Source: a phage. From it: a stretch of 44,324 nucleotides of DNA. How positions within the stretch are numbered: the stretch's first letter is position 1; each line of letters begins with the position of its first letter. A model generated the notes under the pieces. The model was not told where the DNA came from, ran no database searches, and was given only the letters and a program-made list of their open reading frames with translations. The stretch lies in the NCBI GenBank assembly GCA_026204955.1, contig GCA_026204955.1_4545.1; one strand, 5' to 3'. Of this stretch, positions 1 to 10,173 are shown in pieces. The translations under genes were made by a program, and so were the position numbers.

Positions 1-67
1 ATAAGGATTGTTTTAAAATCGCTGATACAATACCAATCGGCAACTGCATAAAAAAGGGGACTGCATA

Positions 68-2710
68 ATGGCAGATCAAGCAGCAGGCATCACGCTAAAG
101 GTCGATGCCTCGCAAGTAAAGACAGCTAATACCGCGCTGGATTCGTTCGCGCAGAAGTCTGAGAACACAGAACGGAAAGTCAAGAAATTAAACGACACCC
201 TAGGCAACTCGAAAAAGGTTACGAGTGACGCCGCGGGCGGGATGGAAAAGATAGCGACTGAATCGCAGCGTGCCGCCGACGGCATGACGAAGCAGGAGCG
301 ACTCGCCAGCCGCTTGGGCATGTCAACCAAAAACCTGGGCTTTGCCTCCCGAAATGCCGCATTCCAGTTACAGGATATAGCGGTCACGCTTGAGATGGGT
401 ATGCCGGTGCACCGCGTTATGCTCCAGCAGTTGCCGCAGTTAACCGGGGCGTTTGGTGGCCTTGGTAACACGCTGCGTTATCTTGCTGGCCTCCTCGGCC
501 CTGTTGGGATCGGCCTTGCGGCACTATCGGCAACTTTAGGCGTCGGGGTGGCGGTTACGACCCGTGCAGAAAACCAGGTCGCAGCGCTGAATAAGACGCT
601 GACGCTATCCGGCAATATCTCCGGCCTCACCGCTAACCAGATCCTTATGCTGTCGGAGAACGCGGAGCGCATGGGTGGGTCATTCCGCAAGACGCGTGAC
701 ACCATTCAGTCTCTCGCGGCGGCGGGCGTGAAAGCGGGTGCGGACTTCGGCGCGCTGGCTAAGATCGTTAATGACTTTGCAAAGGTGTCTGGGCAGCCGA
801 TTGAAGATGTGGTTGAGGCGGTGGCGAAGTTGTCCAACGACCCGGTAGGCGGCTTGCGCGCACTGGCGGACAGATACCACGTCGTAACCGAGGCACAAAT
901 CCAGCAGGTGCAGTCTCTGGTGGATGCCGGTCGTGAGACTGAAGCGGTGGCGCTGGCTAACAAAACAGCCTCGGCGTCGTTCTCGGAAATGACCAAAGAA
1001 GTTAAGGCCAACATGGGCACGCTTGAGCGGTCTATGGCTGCGGTCACATCGGCAGCGAAATCTATGTGGGACGCCATTCTTGATATTGGTCGCGCGCAGT
1101 CCTCAAATGAATCTGAGATGAAAGCGCGTGAGTCCTTGCAGCGCCTGACCACGGCGTACTATGCCGAGATGAGAGCGGTCAATGCTTCAGGTGGGGTAAT
1201 GACCGAGGCACAGAAAGCACGTATTAACATGCTTTATAGCGAAATGGTCGCCCAGGAGAAAGTAGTCGCATCGCTCACCCTGCGCAACCGTGCGGAGCGT
1301 GAAAACGCCAACGCCGCGGAACAATCAGCGAAGGCGAACGAGGAGGCCAACCGCACCGCCCGCGACCGCGCCGCGTTCGAGAAGGAATACGCCACCAACG
1401 CTAAGAAGAGCGCCGATGAGATCGCCCGCCTCAATTTGCTGAATAAGCGCGGCGTGATTGACGAGAAGGAACTGGCTGAGGCGGTGAAGCAGGTCAACGA
1501 GCGTTACAAAGACCCCGCACCGAAGAAGGCCGCGGCTGTTCGCGTGGATGCCGGGCTGAAAATGCTGGAAGTCGCGCGAAGCGAATTAGCCCAGCTTCGT
1601 GAGTCTGGAAAGCAGATCGAAGCCAACGCATCGACGCAGACCCGCACGCAACGCGCGCAAGCGGCCCTTAACAAGCTGATTGCCGACAACGAGCAGTTAA
1701 TCGCTGCGAGCAAAGAAAGGGCACTGACGGCAGCAGAGAAGCAGCAATTAGTCGAGTTCGGGCGCGTGAAGGAAGTACGCGAGCAGATCGTCGAAGAAGC
1801 CAAATTGCTGGACGCAAAAGAGAAGCAGGTCAAGGCGCACGCGCAGATCGACGCCTTCGTTAAGAACCAGAACGCCGAGCTAAAAGCCACCGCGGCGGGC
1901 TATGCGCTTTCCACTCGCGAAGCGGCAAACCTGCGTGAAGAATTGCAGCTAATTGACCGCCTGAAGCGGGTCGGAGCTAACGATACTGATATTGATCTGG
2001 CGGTATCTAAGCTGCGCGAAGTGCAGGAAGCACAGACCGGTGCTAACGCCTCGCTATGGGATGGCTTCAGCCGCGGGCTTAAGGATAGCGTGGATGAAAT
2101 GGGTAACGGCTACACGCAGATGACGTCACTCACAAAATTCACGTTCGGCGCTATGCAGGACACGATGAACGAGTTTTTCGAGACTGGCAAGCTGAACGCA
2201 AAGGATATGGTTAAGTCCATCCTGAGCGAATTAATCAAGCTGGCTACCTCGCAGGCATTCAAGTCCATCGTTAGCGCTTTCGGAGGCGACGGCGGCAAAA
2301 ACGGATTGTTCGGCGCTATCTTCTCTGGCATAACTAAGAATGCGGACGGAGGAGCGTACGCAGGGGGCAATCTCGCGGCCTATTCGGGGCAAGTGGTAAG
2401 CAAGCCCACCTTTTTCAGTTACGGCGTCCAGGCGTTCGCAAAGGGCGCGGGATTGATGGGGGAGGCCGGACCCGAGGCCATCATGCCACTGAAGCGCGGC
2501 CCGGACGGCAAACTGGGCGTTGCCGCTGCCGGTGTAGGCGGAGGGATGATTGTAACGACCAACGTTAACATGGGGACCGGTAAGACGGATACCAGTGTTA
2601 GCGGTCCAGACCCGCGCACCGCGCAGGCGTTCGGAAAGCAAATCACCGAGTCGGTCAAGGCCGAGATCGTGAAGGCGACGAAACCGGGTGGTGTACTTTA
2701 CAAACGATGA
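68..2710 (+). CDS. tail tape measure protein
   Basis: 880-aa ORF, helix-prone Ala/Gln/Glu-rich with Gly-rich C-terminus; sits immediately upstream of lambda M/L/K/I/J-like tail genes; RBS AGGGGA upstream of ATG 68. Confidence 0.75.
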   Translation: MADQAAGITLKVDASQVKTANTALDSFAQKSENTERKVKKLNDTLGNSKKVTSDAAGGMEKIATESQRAADGMTKQERLASRLGMSTKNLGFASRNAAFQLQDIAVTLEMGMPVHRVMLQQLPQLTGAFGGLGNTLRYLAGLLGPVGIGLAALSATLGVGVAVTTRAENQVAALNKTLTLSGNISGLTANQILMLSENAERMGGSFRKTRDTIQSLAAAGVKAGADFGALAKIVNDFAKVSGQPIEDVVEAVAKLSNDPVGGLRALADRYHVVTEAQIQQVQSLVDAGRETEAVALANKTASASFSEMTKEVKANMGTLERSMAAVTSAAKSMWDAILDIGRAQSSNESEMKARESLQRLTTAYYAEMRAVNASGGVMTEAQKARINMLYSEMVAQEKVVASLTLRNRAERENANAAEQSAKANEEANRTARDRAAFEKEYATNAKKSADEIARLNLLNKRGVIDEKELAEAVKQVNERYKDPAPKKAAAVRVDAGLKMLEVARSELAQLRESGKQIEANASTQTRTQRAQAALNKLIADNEQLIAASKERALTAAEKQQLVEFGRVKEVREQIVEEAKLLDAKEKQVKAHAQIDAFVKNQNAELKATAAGYALSTREAANLREELQLIDRLKRVGANDTDIDLAVSKLREVQEAQTGANASLWDGFSRGLKDSVDEMGNGYTQMTSLTKFTFGAMQDTMNEFFETGKLNAKDMVKSILSELIKLATSQAFKSIVSAFGGDGGKNGLFGAIFSGITKNADGGAYAGGNLAAYSGQVVSKPTFFSYGVQAFAKGAGLMGEAGPEAIMPLKRGPDGKLGVAAAGVGGGMIVTTNVNMGTGKTDTSVSGPDPRTAQAFGKQITESVKAEIVKATKPGGVLYKR

Positions 2711-2718
2711 TAAAATGG

Positions 2719-2745
2719 CCCTCACTACAACGTGGGGGCTTTTTT
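2719..2745 (+). terminator. hairpin + T-tract between tape measure and next tail gene (possible partial terminator)
   Basis: CCCTCAC-tacaac-GTGGGGG (one G-U pair) followed by CTTTTTT; lies inside the alternative 2707 start region. Confidence 0.25.
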
Positions 2746-3345
2746 ATGGCGCAAGGTACAATCACACTAACTAAGGGAAGTAAGACCATCACAGGCGTGG
2801 GAACCGCGTTCCTGAGCGAGATCGGGAAGGTCCGCGTATTTACCCGCATCGACGGCAACGACTACACCGGAAAAATTGCGGCATTCAACTCTAACACCGT
2901 CATCACCCTGGCGGATAACTGGGCCGGACCGACAAAAGCCGGTGCAGCTTATGAGCTAATCGAAGCGCACGACCCGCGATCAAACGAATGGCCCTATTAC
3001 TGGCACATGCAATTGCAAGGCGGCGGAGACGTGCAGTTGGCTTTCCGGTCCGAGGAATTGCAGTTTGGTAACGGTTACGGTCAGAACATCGCGGACGGCC
3101 CGAACGCCGAAACGAAACAGTTCCCCGTGCAATTCGTCGGACTGACTACCGACAAGTGGTGTAACCCTAAGCTGGTTTACAACTTCCTTCGCGGGCACTT
3201 CGTCAAACCGTTTGTCGTCACCGCGCCGGATGGCGAAACAGGTTTATTCGTGGTCGAGCGTTCGAGCTTGTCGTACACTGACAACGGGCACTACACGGCA
3301 ACGGTATCCGCCACCCTTAAGACTGCTATTGGATTCGTAAGATGA
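2746..3345 (+). CDS. minor tail protein (lambda gpM position); N-terminus homologous to tail fibre N-terminus
   Basis: ORF in track from 2707 (ATGA overlap with tape measure stop); second in-frame ATG at 2746 begins MAQGTITLTKGSKTITGVGTAF, which parallels the tail fibre start MAAGTLSVTNNSKAVVGVGTTF. Start choice uncertain (2707 or 2746). Confidence 0.5.
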   Translation: MAQGTITLTKGSKTITGVGTAFLSEIGKVRVFTRIDGNDYTGKIAAFNSNTVITLADNWAGPTKAGAAYELIEAHDPRSNEWPYYWHMQLQGGGDVQLAFRSEELQFGNGYGQNIADGPNAETKQFPVQFVGLTTDKWCNPKLVYNFLRGHFVKPFVVTAPDGETGLFVVERSSLSYTDNGHYTATVSATLKTAIGFVR

Positions 3346-4130
3346 ATAAACTATATCGCGAGGCGACGCGCTTTGACCCATCGGGACGCGTTCGCCTTAT
3401 TCACATTGACGCGCAGGACGTGGAGCCTGGCGACGGCGCGATCGGTGCGGGCCATCACTATTTTCACTATTGCTTTATTCCGCACACTGCCGAGGATATT
3501 GCCGCCGCAGGCGGGGACGAGGACAAGCTAAAGCCAAAATCTATCTTCTTCGGCGGGCAGGAATTCGAATTCTGGCCCTTCGATCTGTCCGGCCTTAACT
3601 TCTCCACATCAACGGCAGCAGAACCGCAGCTAACCATCGTCGATATTGGAGGCATTATCACCCGGCTGTCGCTGAATCACGACCAGCTACTGGGCGCGAA
3701 GGTTGAGATCATTGATACGTTCGCGAAGTTCCTGGATAACGGATCGGACCCAGACCCAACGCAAAAACGTGTCCAGGAGTATTACATCGACTCACAGGTC
3801 GGGCGCAATCCAGGCAAGCAAATCACCTTCGCATTGTCCTCACCCGCGGATATGGAGGGGCAAGTAGTTCCCCGCCGCCAGATCATGAACATGTGCGAAT
3901 GGGCGTTAAATGGGAAGTACGCCAGCGGTGACGGCTGCACGTGGAACCTTGCGAAGCCTGGTATCAAGTATTACGACGAGCGAGGTAATGAAGTCATCGC
4001 GATGAACATGGACCGATGCGGCGGCTGTTTGTCCGACTGTTATCTTAGATTTGGGCAAGGGCTTGCGGACCCTAAAGCGGCGGTGCTGGACTTCGGCGGC
4101 TTTCCGGGGTCCAGATTAATTAAGGGGTAG
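3342..4130 (+). CDS. minor tail protein L-like
   Basis: 262 aa, ATGA overlap with upstream gene; C-terminal Cys cluster (CxxC...DRCGGCLSDC) like the Fe-S motif of lambda gpL; gene order M-L-K-I-J. Confidence 0.6.
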   Translation: MNKLYREATRFDPSGRVRLIHIDAQDVEPGDGAIGAGHHYFHYCFIPHTAEDIAAAGGDEDKLKPKSIFFGGQEFEFWPFDLSGLNFSTSTAAEPQLTIVDIGGIITRLSLNHDQLLGAKVEIIDTFAKFLDNGSDPDPTQKRVQEYYIDSQVGRNPGKQITFALSSPADMEGQVVPRRQIMNMCEWALNGKYASGDGCTWNLAKPGIKYYDERGNEVIAMNMDRCGGCLSDCYLRFGQGLADPKAAVLDFGGFPGSRLIKG

Positions 4131-4132
4131 TC

Positions 4133-4873
4133 ATGTTAACGAAGAAGGTTAAACGCGATATCGCCGCACATGTTGCGGCATGTCTGCCGGAAGAAGCGTG
4201 CGGGCTGGTCGTCATGGTGGGCCGCAAACAAGTGTTTATCCCGTGCCTGAACGTCTTCGAAGACCCCACCGGCGCTCGCTCGCGAAAGGACGCGTTTACA
4301 ATTAGTGATATGGCCTGGATGGATGCCGAGGATATGGGCGACGTTGTGCGCGTAGTCCACTCGCACCCCGGTCAGCGCGAGCTAACACCGTCATTGGGCG
4401 ACGTCAACGGATGCAACGGCAGCGGCGTCGTCTGGACCATCACTAACGAATATGGCGACTTCATCGAGATCGACCCGGAAGACCCGCCGCTGGTAGGCCG
4501 CCGATTTGTTCTCGGGGTTACGGACTGTTACGGCCTCGTCATGGCATGGCATAAAAAGCAGGGCGTAAACCTGCCAGACTTCCGCGTACCGTACAACTGG
4601 TGGGAGGCAGGCGAAAACCTGTATATGGACAATTGGTATGGCGCGGGCTTCCGGGAGTGTGCGGAGAATACACCAGGGGCTATGGTCATCATGCAGATTA
4701 GCGCGCCCGTGCCTAACCATGCCGGAATCTACCTTCCGGGCAACCAACTACTACACCATATCTACGGCAGCCTGTCTAGCGTGATCCCCTTCCGGGCGGG
4801 ATTTTTCCGCGACAATGTGGTTAAATGGGTACGTCATAAAGACCTACCGGGGAATATCACAGAATGGCAATGA
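4133..4873 (+). CDS. tail assembly protein K-like (JAB/MPN + NlpC/P60)
   Basis: HSHPGQ...S..D JAB/MPN-type metal motif followed by Cys/His NlpC/P60-like region (CYGLV...H); position between L-like and I-like genes. Confidence 0.65.
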   Translation: MLTKKVKRDIAAHVAACLPEEACGLVVMVGRKQVFIPCLNVFEDPTGARSRKDAFTISDMAWMDAEDMGDVVRVVHSHPGQRELTPSLGDVNGCNGSGVVWTITNEYGDFIEIDPEDPPLVGRRFVLGVTDCYGLVMAWHKKQGVNLPDFRVPYNWWEAGENLYMDNWYGAGFRECAENTPGAMVIMQISAPVPNHAGIYLPGNQLLHHIYGSLSSVIPFRAGFFRDNVVKWVRHKDLPGNITEWQ

Positions 4874-5481
4874 CCACCTTTAAACTATACGGCGTCTTAG
4901 GACGTCGTTTCGGTAAAGTGCATAAGCTGGACTGCTTCACGCCGGGCGAGGGTATCACCGGCCTGTGTGTGAAGTTACCAGGCTTACAGGACTTTCTAAT
5001 GTCGGCCCACCTGGACAACATGATGTTCAAAGTGCGCAAGGGCAATCACACTCTGACCGGCTACGATGAGCTGGGCGAGTTCCACGGCAATCGCGTAGTG
5101 ACCATCGCGCCGGTTATGACTGGTGCAAAAAGCGGACTGGGCCAATTGCTGGCTGGTGTAGCAATCGTGGTGGCGTCGTTCTATACCGGCGGGCTTGCGA
5201 CTGCCGCTTTCGGAGCTTCAGCGGCTACAGCGGCCTCTATCGGCGCAGCGACGTTTTCGTTCGGGATGTCGATGGCGCTGGGTGGCGTTATGCAATTGTT
5301 ATCACCGCAACCGAAAGGATTGCAGACACGGCAGGACGTGGATAACAAGGCGTCGTACGCGTTCGGCGGACCAGTGAACACAACCGCGCAAGGCACGGCA
5401 CTTGGTGTATTATGGGGCGAGCGTGAGATCGGCGGCGCTATTATTTCCGCCGGAATCGTAACCGAGGACTTGAACGAATGA
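4864..5481 (+). CDS. tail assembly protein I-like
   Basis: 205 aa, N-terminal ubiquitin-like region then Gly/Ala-rich hydrophobic C-terminus; overlaps K-like and J-like genes as in lambda. Confidence 0.5.
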   Translation: MAMTTFKLYGVLGRRFGKVHKLDCFTPGEGITGLCVKLPGLQDFLMSAHLDNMMFKVRKGNHTLTGYDELGEFHGNRVVTIAPVMTGAKSGLGQLLAGVAIVVASFYTGGLATAAFGASAATAASIGAATFSFGMSMALGGVMQLLSPQPKGLQTRQDVDNKASYAFGGPVNTTAQGTALGVLWGEREIGGAIISAGIVTEDLNE

Positions 5482-8400
5482 CGATTATCTACGACGTCAC
5501 TGGGCATAAAGGCGGCGGCGGCAAACAGCACACCCCGCAGGAAACGCCGGACAGCCTGCATTCCCTGGCTAAAATCCGCATCTTGCTTGCACTGGGTGAG
5601 GGGGAATTCGAAAGTATTACCAGCGCAAGCGAATTGCGGCAGCGTGTATACCTGGACGGCACGCCGATCCAGAACGCAGACCTGTCAGAAAACTTCCCCG
5701 GCGCGCGCGTGGAGTTCCGCCCGGGCACACAGCACCAGGATGTGATCCACGGATTTTCAGCGGTAGAAAGCGAGCAATCCGTCGGTGTAAAACTGGAAAA
5801 CGGCACGCCGTGGGTGCGCCAGATTAATGACACCAGTCTTGACGCCGTGCGAATTCGCATCGGCATTCCAGCTTTGTACACTAACGAGGACAATGGCGAC
5901 CTGGTTGGCGGGCGCATCGACTACAAAATCGTTGTGTATACGGATAACGCCGACCCGCGTGAGTTCAGATTCGCCGCCGTTGGTAAAACAATGTCGCTAT
6001 ATGAGCGCGACCACCGCATCGAATTACCGCCGAACGTGAATACCGGCTGGCGAGTGGAGGTGCACCGCATAACGGCAGACTCCACATCGGCGAAAGTGGT
6101 GAACGATATTCAGGTGCAATCAATCACTGAGATTATCGACGCCCGCCTGCGCTACCCGCTAACCGCGCTGTTGTTCGTGGAGTTCGACGCTAAAGCGTTC
6201 CAGAACATCCCGCGCGTATCCATTAAGTGCAAAGGCCGCAAAGTGCTGGTGCCAAACAACTATGACCCGATTAATCATACCTATTCGGGCGACTGGGATG
6301 GCACGTTTAAACGCGCCTGGACGGACAACCCTGCGTGGCACTGGTACGATATTTGTATTACAGAGCGCTTCGGCCTCGGTCGGCGTATCAAACCGCAAAT
6401 GTTAAACCGGTACGCGCTCTACCAGATTGCGCAGCGCTGCGATCAGTTGGTCAGCGACGGCAACGGCGGGCAAGAAATCCGCTTTAAGAATGATATGTAC
6501 ATTCAGTCACAGACGGATGCCTGGACCGTGCTTAAGGATTTAGCCGCTATCTTTGCCGGTATGACCTGGTGGGGCAACCAGATGTTGAATATCGTAAGTG
6601 ACCAGCCGGTCGCAGCGGTATCGCACACTATCACCAACGCCTCGGTTATTGATGGCAGATTCGACTACGCGTCAGGGAGCCAGAAAACTCGCTATTCCAC
6701 GTTCGCGGTAGCATACGGCAACCCGAAGAACCACTATGAAGACGCCATCGCAACGGGCCAGCGTGTCGAACTGGTGCGCCGCCATAAAATCAACCGCCTT
6801 GATATAACGGCGATCGGCTGTACGCGTGAGTCAGAAGCGCAACGACGTGGGCACTGGGCGCTAATCTCCAACCAGCTTGACCAGCAAGTTAGCTTTAAGG
6901 TTGGCATGGAGGGACTTTTCTTTATTCCGGGTAGCGTAGTCGCGATCGCCGATACAAACATTTCTGGCGGCTTCGAGACACGCGGCGGTCGCCTGTTGTC
7001 GGACCCTGGCACGCGTACCGTGCTTAACACGGACAGCGAAATCACGTTCCGCCCAGGTGATAAATTCCTGGTACGCACCAATAGCGGTAATGTGGAGACT
7101 CGCGAGATCGCCAGCGTCAACGGCAACAAGGTTACGCTAAAAACCGCACTGGACGCCGACCCGATTCCTGATCAGCCGTTTTGCGTCGATGGCAACGATA
7201 TCCAGTTGCAGAAGTTCCGCATCACCGACCTGGAATATGACGACTCTACCAGCACTTTTTCAGTGCGCGGGATCGAGTACAACGATAGCAAATATGATGC
7301 CGTTGATAATGGCGCTCGCCTTGATCCGGGCATCTTTACTCAAGTGCCCGACGGTGTAATGAAGGGGCCAGAGTCCGTAACCATCACCCCGTCGCAGATT
7401 TCATCGCAAGGCCAGCTAATCACCAACGTGGATATTGTATTCCCTCCGGTGAAGGACGCCGTGGTGTATGAAATCCAGTGGCGACGTACCAGCTTGCAGA
7501 ATATGGAAATCCAGTGGGGTAACGACTGGGTTAACATCCCCCGCACGGCATCGAACGGCGCGCACATCCCTAACGTGTTCTCCGGTAACTACCAGGCACG
7601 CGTCCGCGCAATCGGTATGGGCGAGATTTCATCCCCGTGGGTGTCGTCTGCCATCACGCCGATAGAAGGTCGTCTCGGCGGGCTTAACGCGCCTATCATC
7701 ACCAACGCGATTTCGGGCCTCCACCAAATTTTGTGGAAGTGGAACCACAACAACGCCGCGACGGATATTTCGTACACCGAGCTTGAAGTGCGCAAGACCG
7801 GTGAAACGGAATGGAAATTTCTTACCAACGTCCCATACCCAGGGTCAGATTATGCGCAAACGTCGCTGGAGTTCGGGATCTATCAGCAGTTGCGCGCCCG
7901 CGTAGCAGATAAAATCGGCAACCTGTCAGACTGGTCAGCCCCGTTTGAAGGCCAGGTGAGTGACAAAGTCGACGAATACATGAAGGGGCTGGATGACGAG
8001 TTCTTGACTTCCGAAGATGGCAAACACTTCCAGGAAGCGATCGACACCATGCCGCAAGGCATTTACGAGGCTATGCTGACCGACGCACAGCAGCTATTCA
8101 ACGCCCGCGCCGAGTACAAAGGGATTTACGCAGAAATAACGGTCGCGTATAACGTGGCGGCGGACGCGCATAAAGCCGTAGCGCAACTGGAAACGTTGAT
8201 CGGCACGCGCCTTGATGACGCTGAGGCATCAATCCACACGTTGCAGACTGCGCAAAGCACACATGAACAAGCGTTCGCCCAGTACCAGCAAACTGTTGCC
8301 GCTAAGTTTTCGGAACAGGAAGCCGCCATCCAGCAGGTACAAACGGCAACGGCGGACGTAGCTGGCGCGCTGGCGGAGTATAAGACCCAGGTCGCGGCAC

Positions 8401-8924
8401 AGTTCGGGCAGCAGTCCGCCGCTATCGAGCAGAAGATGACGTCTTCGTTTAACCATGCCGGTGGGAGCGCCACGTACAGCCTTAAGGCGGGCGTGACGTA
8501 TAACGGGACTTACTATGATGCCGGTATGCAGCTTTCCGTCGTGACGTCGGGCAACGCAGTTAAATCTCGTATTGCGTTCAAGGCCGACCAGTTCTACATT
8601 ATGCACCCGTCGAATGGGTCGCTTTCGTCCGCGTTTATCGTTGACGGCGGGCAGGTGTATATTGACACGGCGCGCGTCAAGGACGCGTCCATCAATTTCG
8701 CGCAGATCACGGACACGCTGCAATCGAATAACTTCGTTTCAGGGTCACGCGGCTGGCGTATCCAGAAAGGCGGAGCGGCGGAGTTTAACGAGGTGACGGT
8801 GCGCGGCAACTTGTTCGCGACTACTGGTAACTTCGGGTTTTCAGGCGGGACGGTGACGATCGACGCCACAGGCGTTAATGTGCCATTACCCGGCGGGGGG
8901 AGGGTGAAAGTCGGCACGTGGTAA
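5478..8924 (+). CDS. host specificity / central tail fibre protein J-like
   Basis: 1148 aa (lambda J is about 1130 aa), last gene of the M-L-K-I-J block; followed by a strong hairpin terminator. Confidence 0.75.
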   Translation: MTIIYDVTGHKGGGGKQHTPQETPDSLHSLAKIRILLALGEGEFESITSASELRQRVYLDGTPIQNADLSENFPGARVEFRPGTQHQDVIHGFSAVESEQSVGVKLENGTPWVRQINDTSLDAVRIRIGIPALYTNEDNGDLVGGRIDYKIVVYTDNADPREFRFAAVGKTMSLYERDHRIELPPNVNTGWRVEVHRITADSTSAKVVNDIQVQSITEIIDARLRYPLTALLFVEFDAKAFQNIPRVSIKCKGRKVLVPNNYDPINHTYSGDWDGTFKRAWTDNPAWHWYDICITERFGLGRRIKPQMLNRYALYQIAQRCDQLVSDGNGGQEIRFKNDMYIQSQTDAWTVLKDLAAIFAGMTWWGNQMLNIVSDQPVAAVSHTITNASVIDGRFDYASGSQKTRYSTFAVAYGNPKNHYEDAIATGQRVELVRRHKINRLDITAIGCTRESEAQRRGHWALISNQLDQQVSFKVGMEGLFFIPGSVVAIADTNISGGFETRGGRLLSDPGTRTVLNTDSEITFRPGDKFLVRTNSGNVETREIASVNGNKVTLKTALDADPIPDQPFCVDGNDIQLQKFRITDLEYDDSTSTFSVRGIEYNDSKYDAVDNGARLDPGIFTQVPDGVMKGPESVTITPSQISSQGQLITNVDIVFPPVKDAVVYEIQWRRTSLQNMEIQWGNDWVNIPRTASNGAHIPNVFSGNYQARVRAIGMGEISSPWVSSAITPIEGRLGGLNAPIITNAISGLHQILWKWNHNNAATDISYTELEVRKTGETEWKFLTNVPYPGSDYAQTSLEFGIYQQLRARVADKIGNLSDWSAPFEGQVSDKVDEYMKGLDDEFLTSEDGKHFQEAIDTMPQGIYEAMLTDAQQLFNARAEYKGIYAEITVAYNVAADAHKAVAQLETLIGTRLDDAEASIHTLQTAQSTHEQAFAQYQQTVAAKFSEQEAAIQQVQTATADVAGALAEYKTQVAAQFGQQSAAIEQKMTSSFNHAGGSATYSLKAGVTYNGTYYDAGMQLSVVTSGNAVKSRIAFKADQFYIMHPSNGSLSSAFIVDGGQVYIDTARVKDASINFAQITDTLQSNNFVSGSRGWRIQKGGAAEFNEVTVRGNLFATTGNFGFSGGTVTIDATGVNVPLPGGGRVKVGTW

Positions 8925-8928
8925 AAGC

Positions 8929-8954
8929 GAGGGGGCCGTTTGGCCCCCTTTTTT
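8929..8954. terminator. bidirectional rho-independent terminator (after J; after convergent 8953 gene)
   Basis: GAGGGGGCC-gttt-GGCCCCC followed by T6 on + strand, A-tract on the other side. Confidence 0.7.
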
Positions 8955-9918
8955 AATAGATGTTTGGGATAACAAGTAAGGGGGTTGGCACCGCGATATT
9001 TTTACCCGGCATCTGGAATTGCTGCCGTGAGTAGTTGCCGATGACGCGGTTTTTAGCGACGCGCACATTATTACCCGCCATGCGTATCCCGTTCATTCTA
9101 ACGTGGTTATAGCCTCCGTTGTTCTCAATGAGCGCGCCGGTGTATGAAAGCTGGATCAGACTATTACCAATATGCTGGTCGCCGCCTCCGATGTTAATAG
9201 TGCGGTCGTAGACAAACGGCTTGTTCACCGTCGAGAACGTGACCTGATTCTGGCTATTCGTCATGGTGATCCCGGCCCCAGGCGTTGGTGGTGTATTGTT
9301 GAATATTACCAAATCCATGTCCACAGAAGCCGCCACATCGTCGATGCCACCGTAGGACGCGTTGCGGACAATAATACTGCCGCCGTCGAAGCCTACTGAT
9401 ACGTTGCCATCGTCCCATCGGGCGAACGGGACACCGCTAACGGGCAATGCCATACTGCCGTTGACGCGCACGCGCTGTGCGTATCGGCAGGTCATTAGCT
9501 TAGACACGTTGGATATGGCGGTGAAGTCCGTCGAGTTCTCCACCAGTAAGCCCGCGTTGCGTGAACCAACCGGCAGCACTTCCATTATGACGCCAGCCCA
9601 TTGTGGTAAGCCAGAGTACGCGCCATACGCATCCTCCCCGCGCAGGGTGATACCACTATTCCCGTTGCGGGTAACAGACGTAACGTAAAACGGGTCGGGA
9701 ATTACCAGGGTCTGGTCGAATACCTCAATCACTTCTACCGGGCGAGTGAGCGCGACGACGACCTGCGACCCCTCCGTAAGCGGGGTGTTAATGGTTAGCG
9801 TCTTGTTGGACTGTGCCAGCTGGTTAAAGCTGGTGCAGTATGACGGCGCGCGGAGTCCAGCGGTTATCTCCATTACAGGCCTGCCGTCGTTATAGTCGAT
9901 AAGTATTCCAGCGCCCAT
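8953..9918 (-). CDS. hypothetical protein with beta-helix-like Asn/Gly-rich repeats
   Basis: Track ORF 8953-9927 (GTG); preferred ATG 9918 with GGGAG RBS, directly after the lipoprotein stop. Repeats such as NIGGGDQHIGNS and GGYNHVRMNGIRMAGNNVRVAKNRVIGN resemble parallel beta-helix turns. No signal peptide. Confidence 0.4.
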   Translation of the reverse strand: MGAGILIDYNDGRPVMEITAGLRAPSYCTSFNQLAQSNKTLTINTPLTEGSQVVVALTRPVEVIEVFDQTLVIPDPFYVTSVTRNGNSGITLRGEDAYGAYSGLPQWAGVIMEVLPVGSRNAGLLVENSTDFTAISNVSKLMTCRYAQRVRVNGSMALPVSGVPFARWDDGNVSVGFDGGSIIVRNASYGGIDDVAASVDMDLVIFNNTPPTPGAGITMTNSQNQVTFSTVNKPFVYDRTINIGGGDQHIGNSLIQLSYTGALIENNGGYNHVRMNGIRMAGNNVRVAKNRVIGNYSRQQFQMPGKNIAVPTPLLVIPNIY

Positions 9919-9920
9919 TA

Positions 9921-10142
9921 TTACCACTCCCGTGATTTAACTGATACTGTGCCTGAGAAGTTGCCGTCGCTATCGGATGTCAGCCCGGTGAATCGCATGT
10001 CCACATCTCCTGCCGGGACTTTTTGCCCGTCAACGTAGCGCAACATGCAGCTACCGTAAGCAACCGTAACGCAATCGCCGTTGTTGCGTTCTACGGCGCA
10101 ACCGGACAAAAGAACAGCACAAATCATAATTAAAGTTTTCAT
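9921..10142 (-). CDS. small lipoprotein (possible Cor-like superinfection exclusion protein)
   Basis: Internal start MKTLIMICAVLLSGC gives signal peptide plus lipobox (LSGC); AGGAG RBS 8 nt upstream of ATG 10142; 73 aa; transcribed opposite to the flanking tail genes. Confidence 0.5.
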   Translation of the reverse strand: MKTLIMICAVLLSGCAVERNNGDCVTVAYGSCMLRYVDGQKVPAGDVDMRFTGLTSDSDGNFSGTVSVKSREW

Positions 10143-10173
10143 GGTATCATCTCCTATATTTGGTCGAGTTTTA

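Noticed and set aside
2231-2725. 164-aa ORF on the minus strand
   Set aside because: Embedded antisense within the tape measure gene.
8229-8723. 164-aa ORF on the minus strand
   Set aside because: Embedded antisense within the J-like gene.
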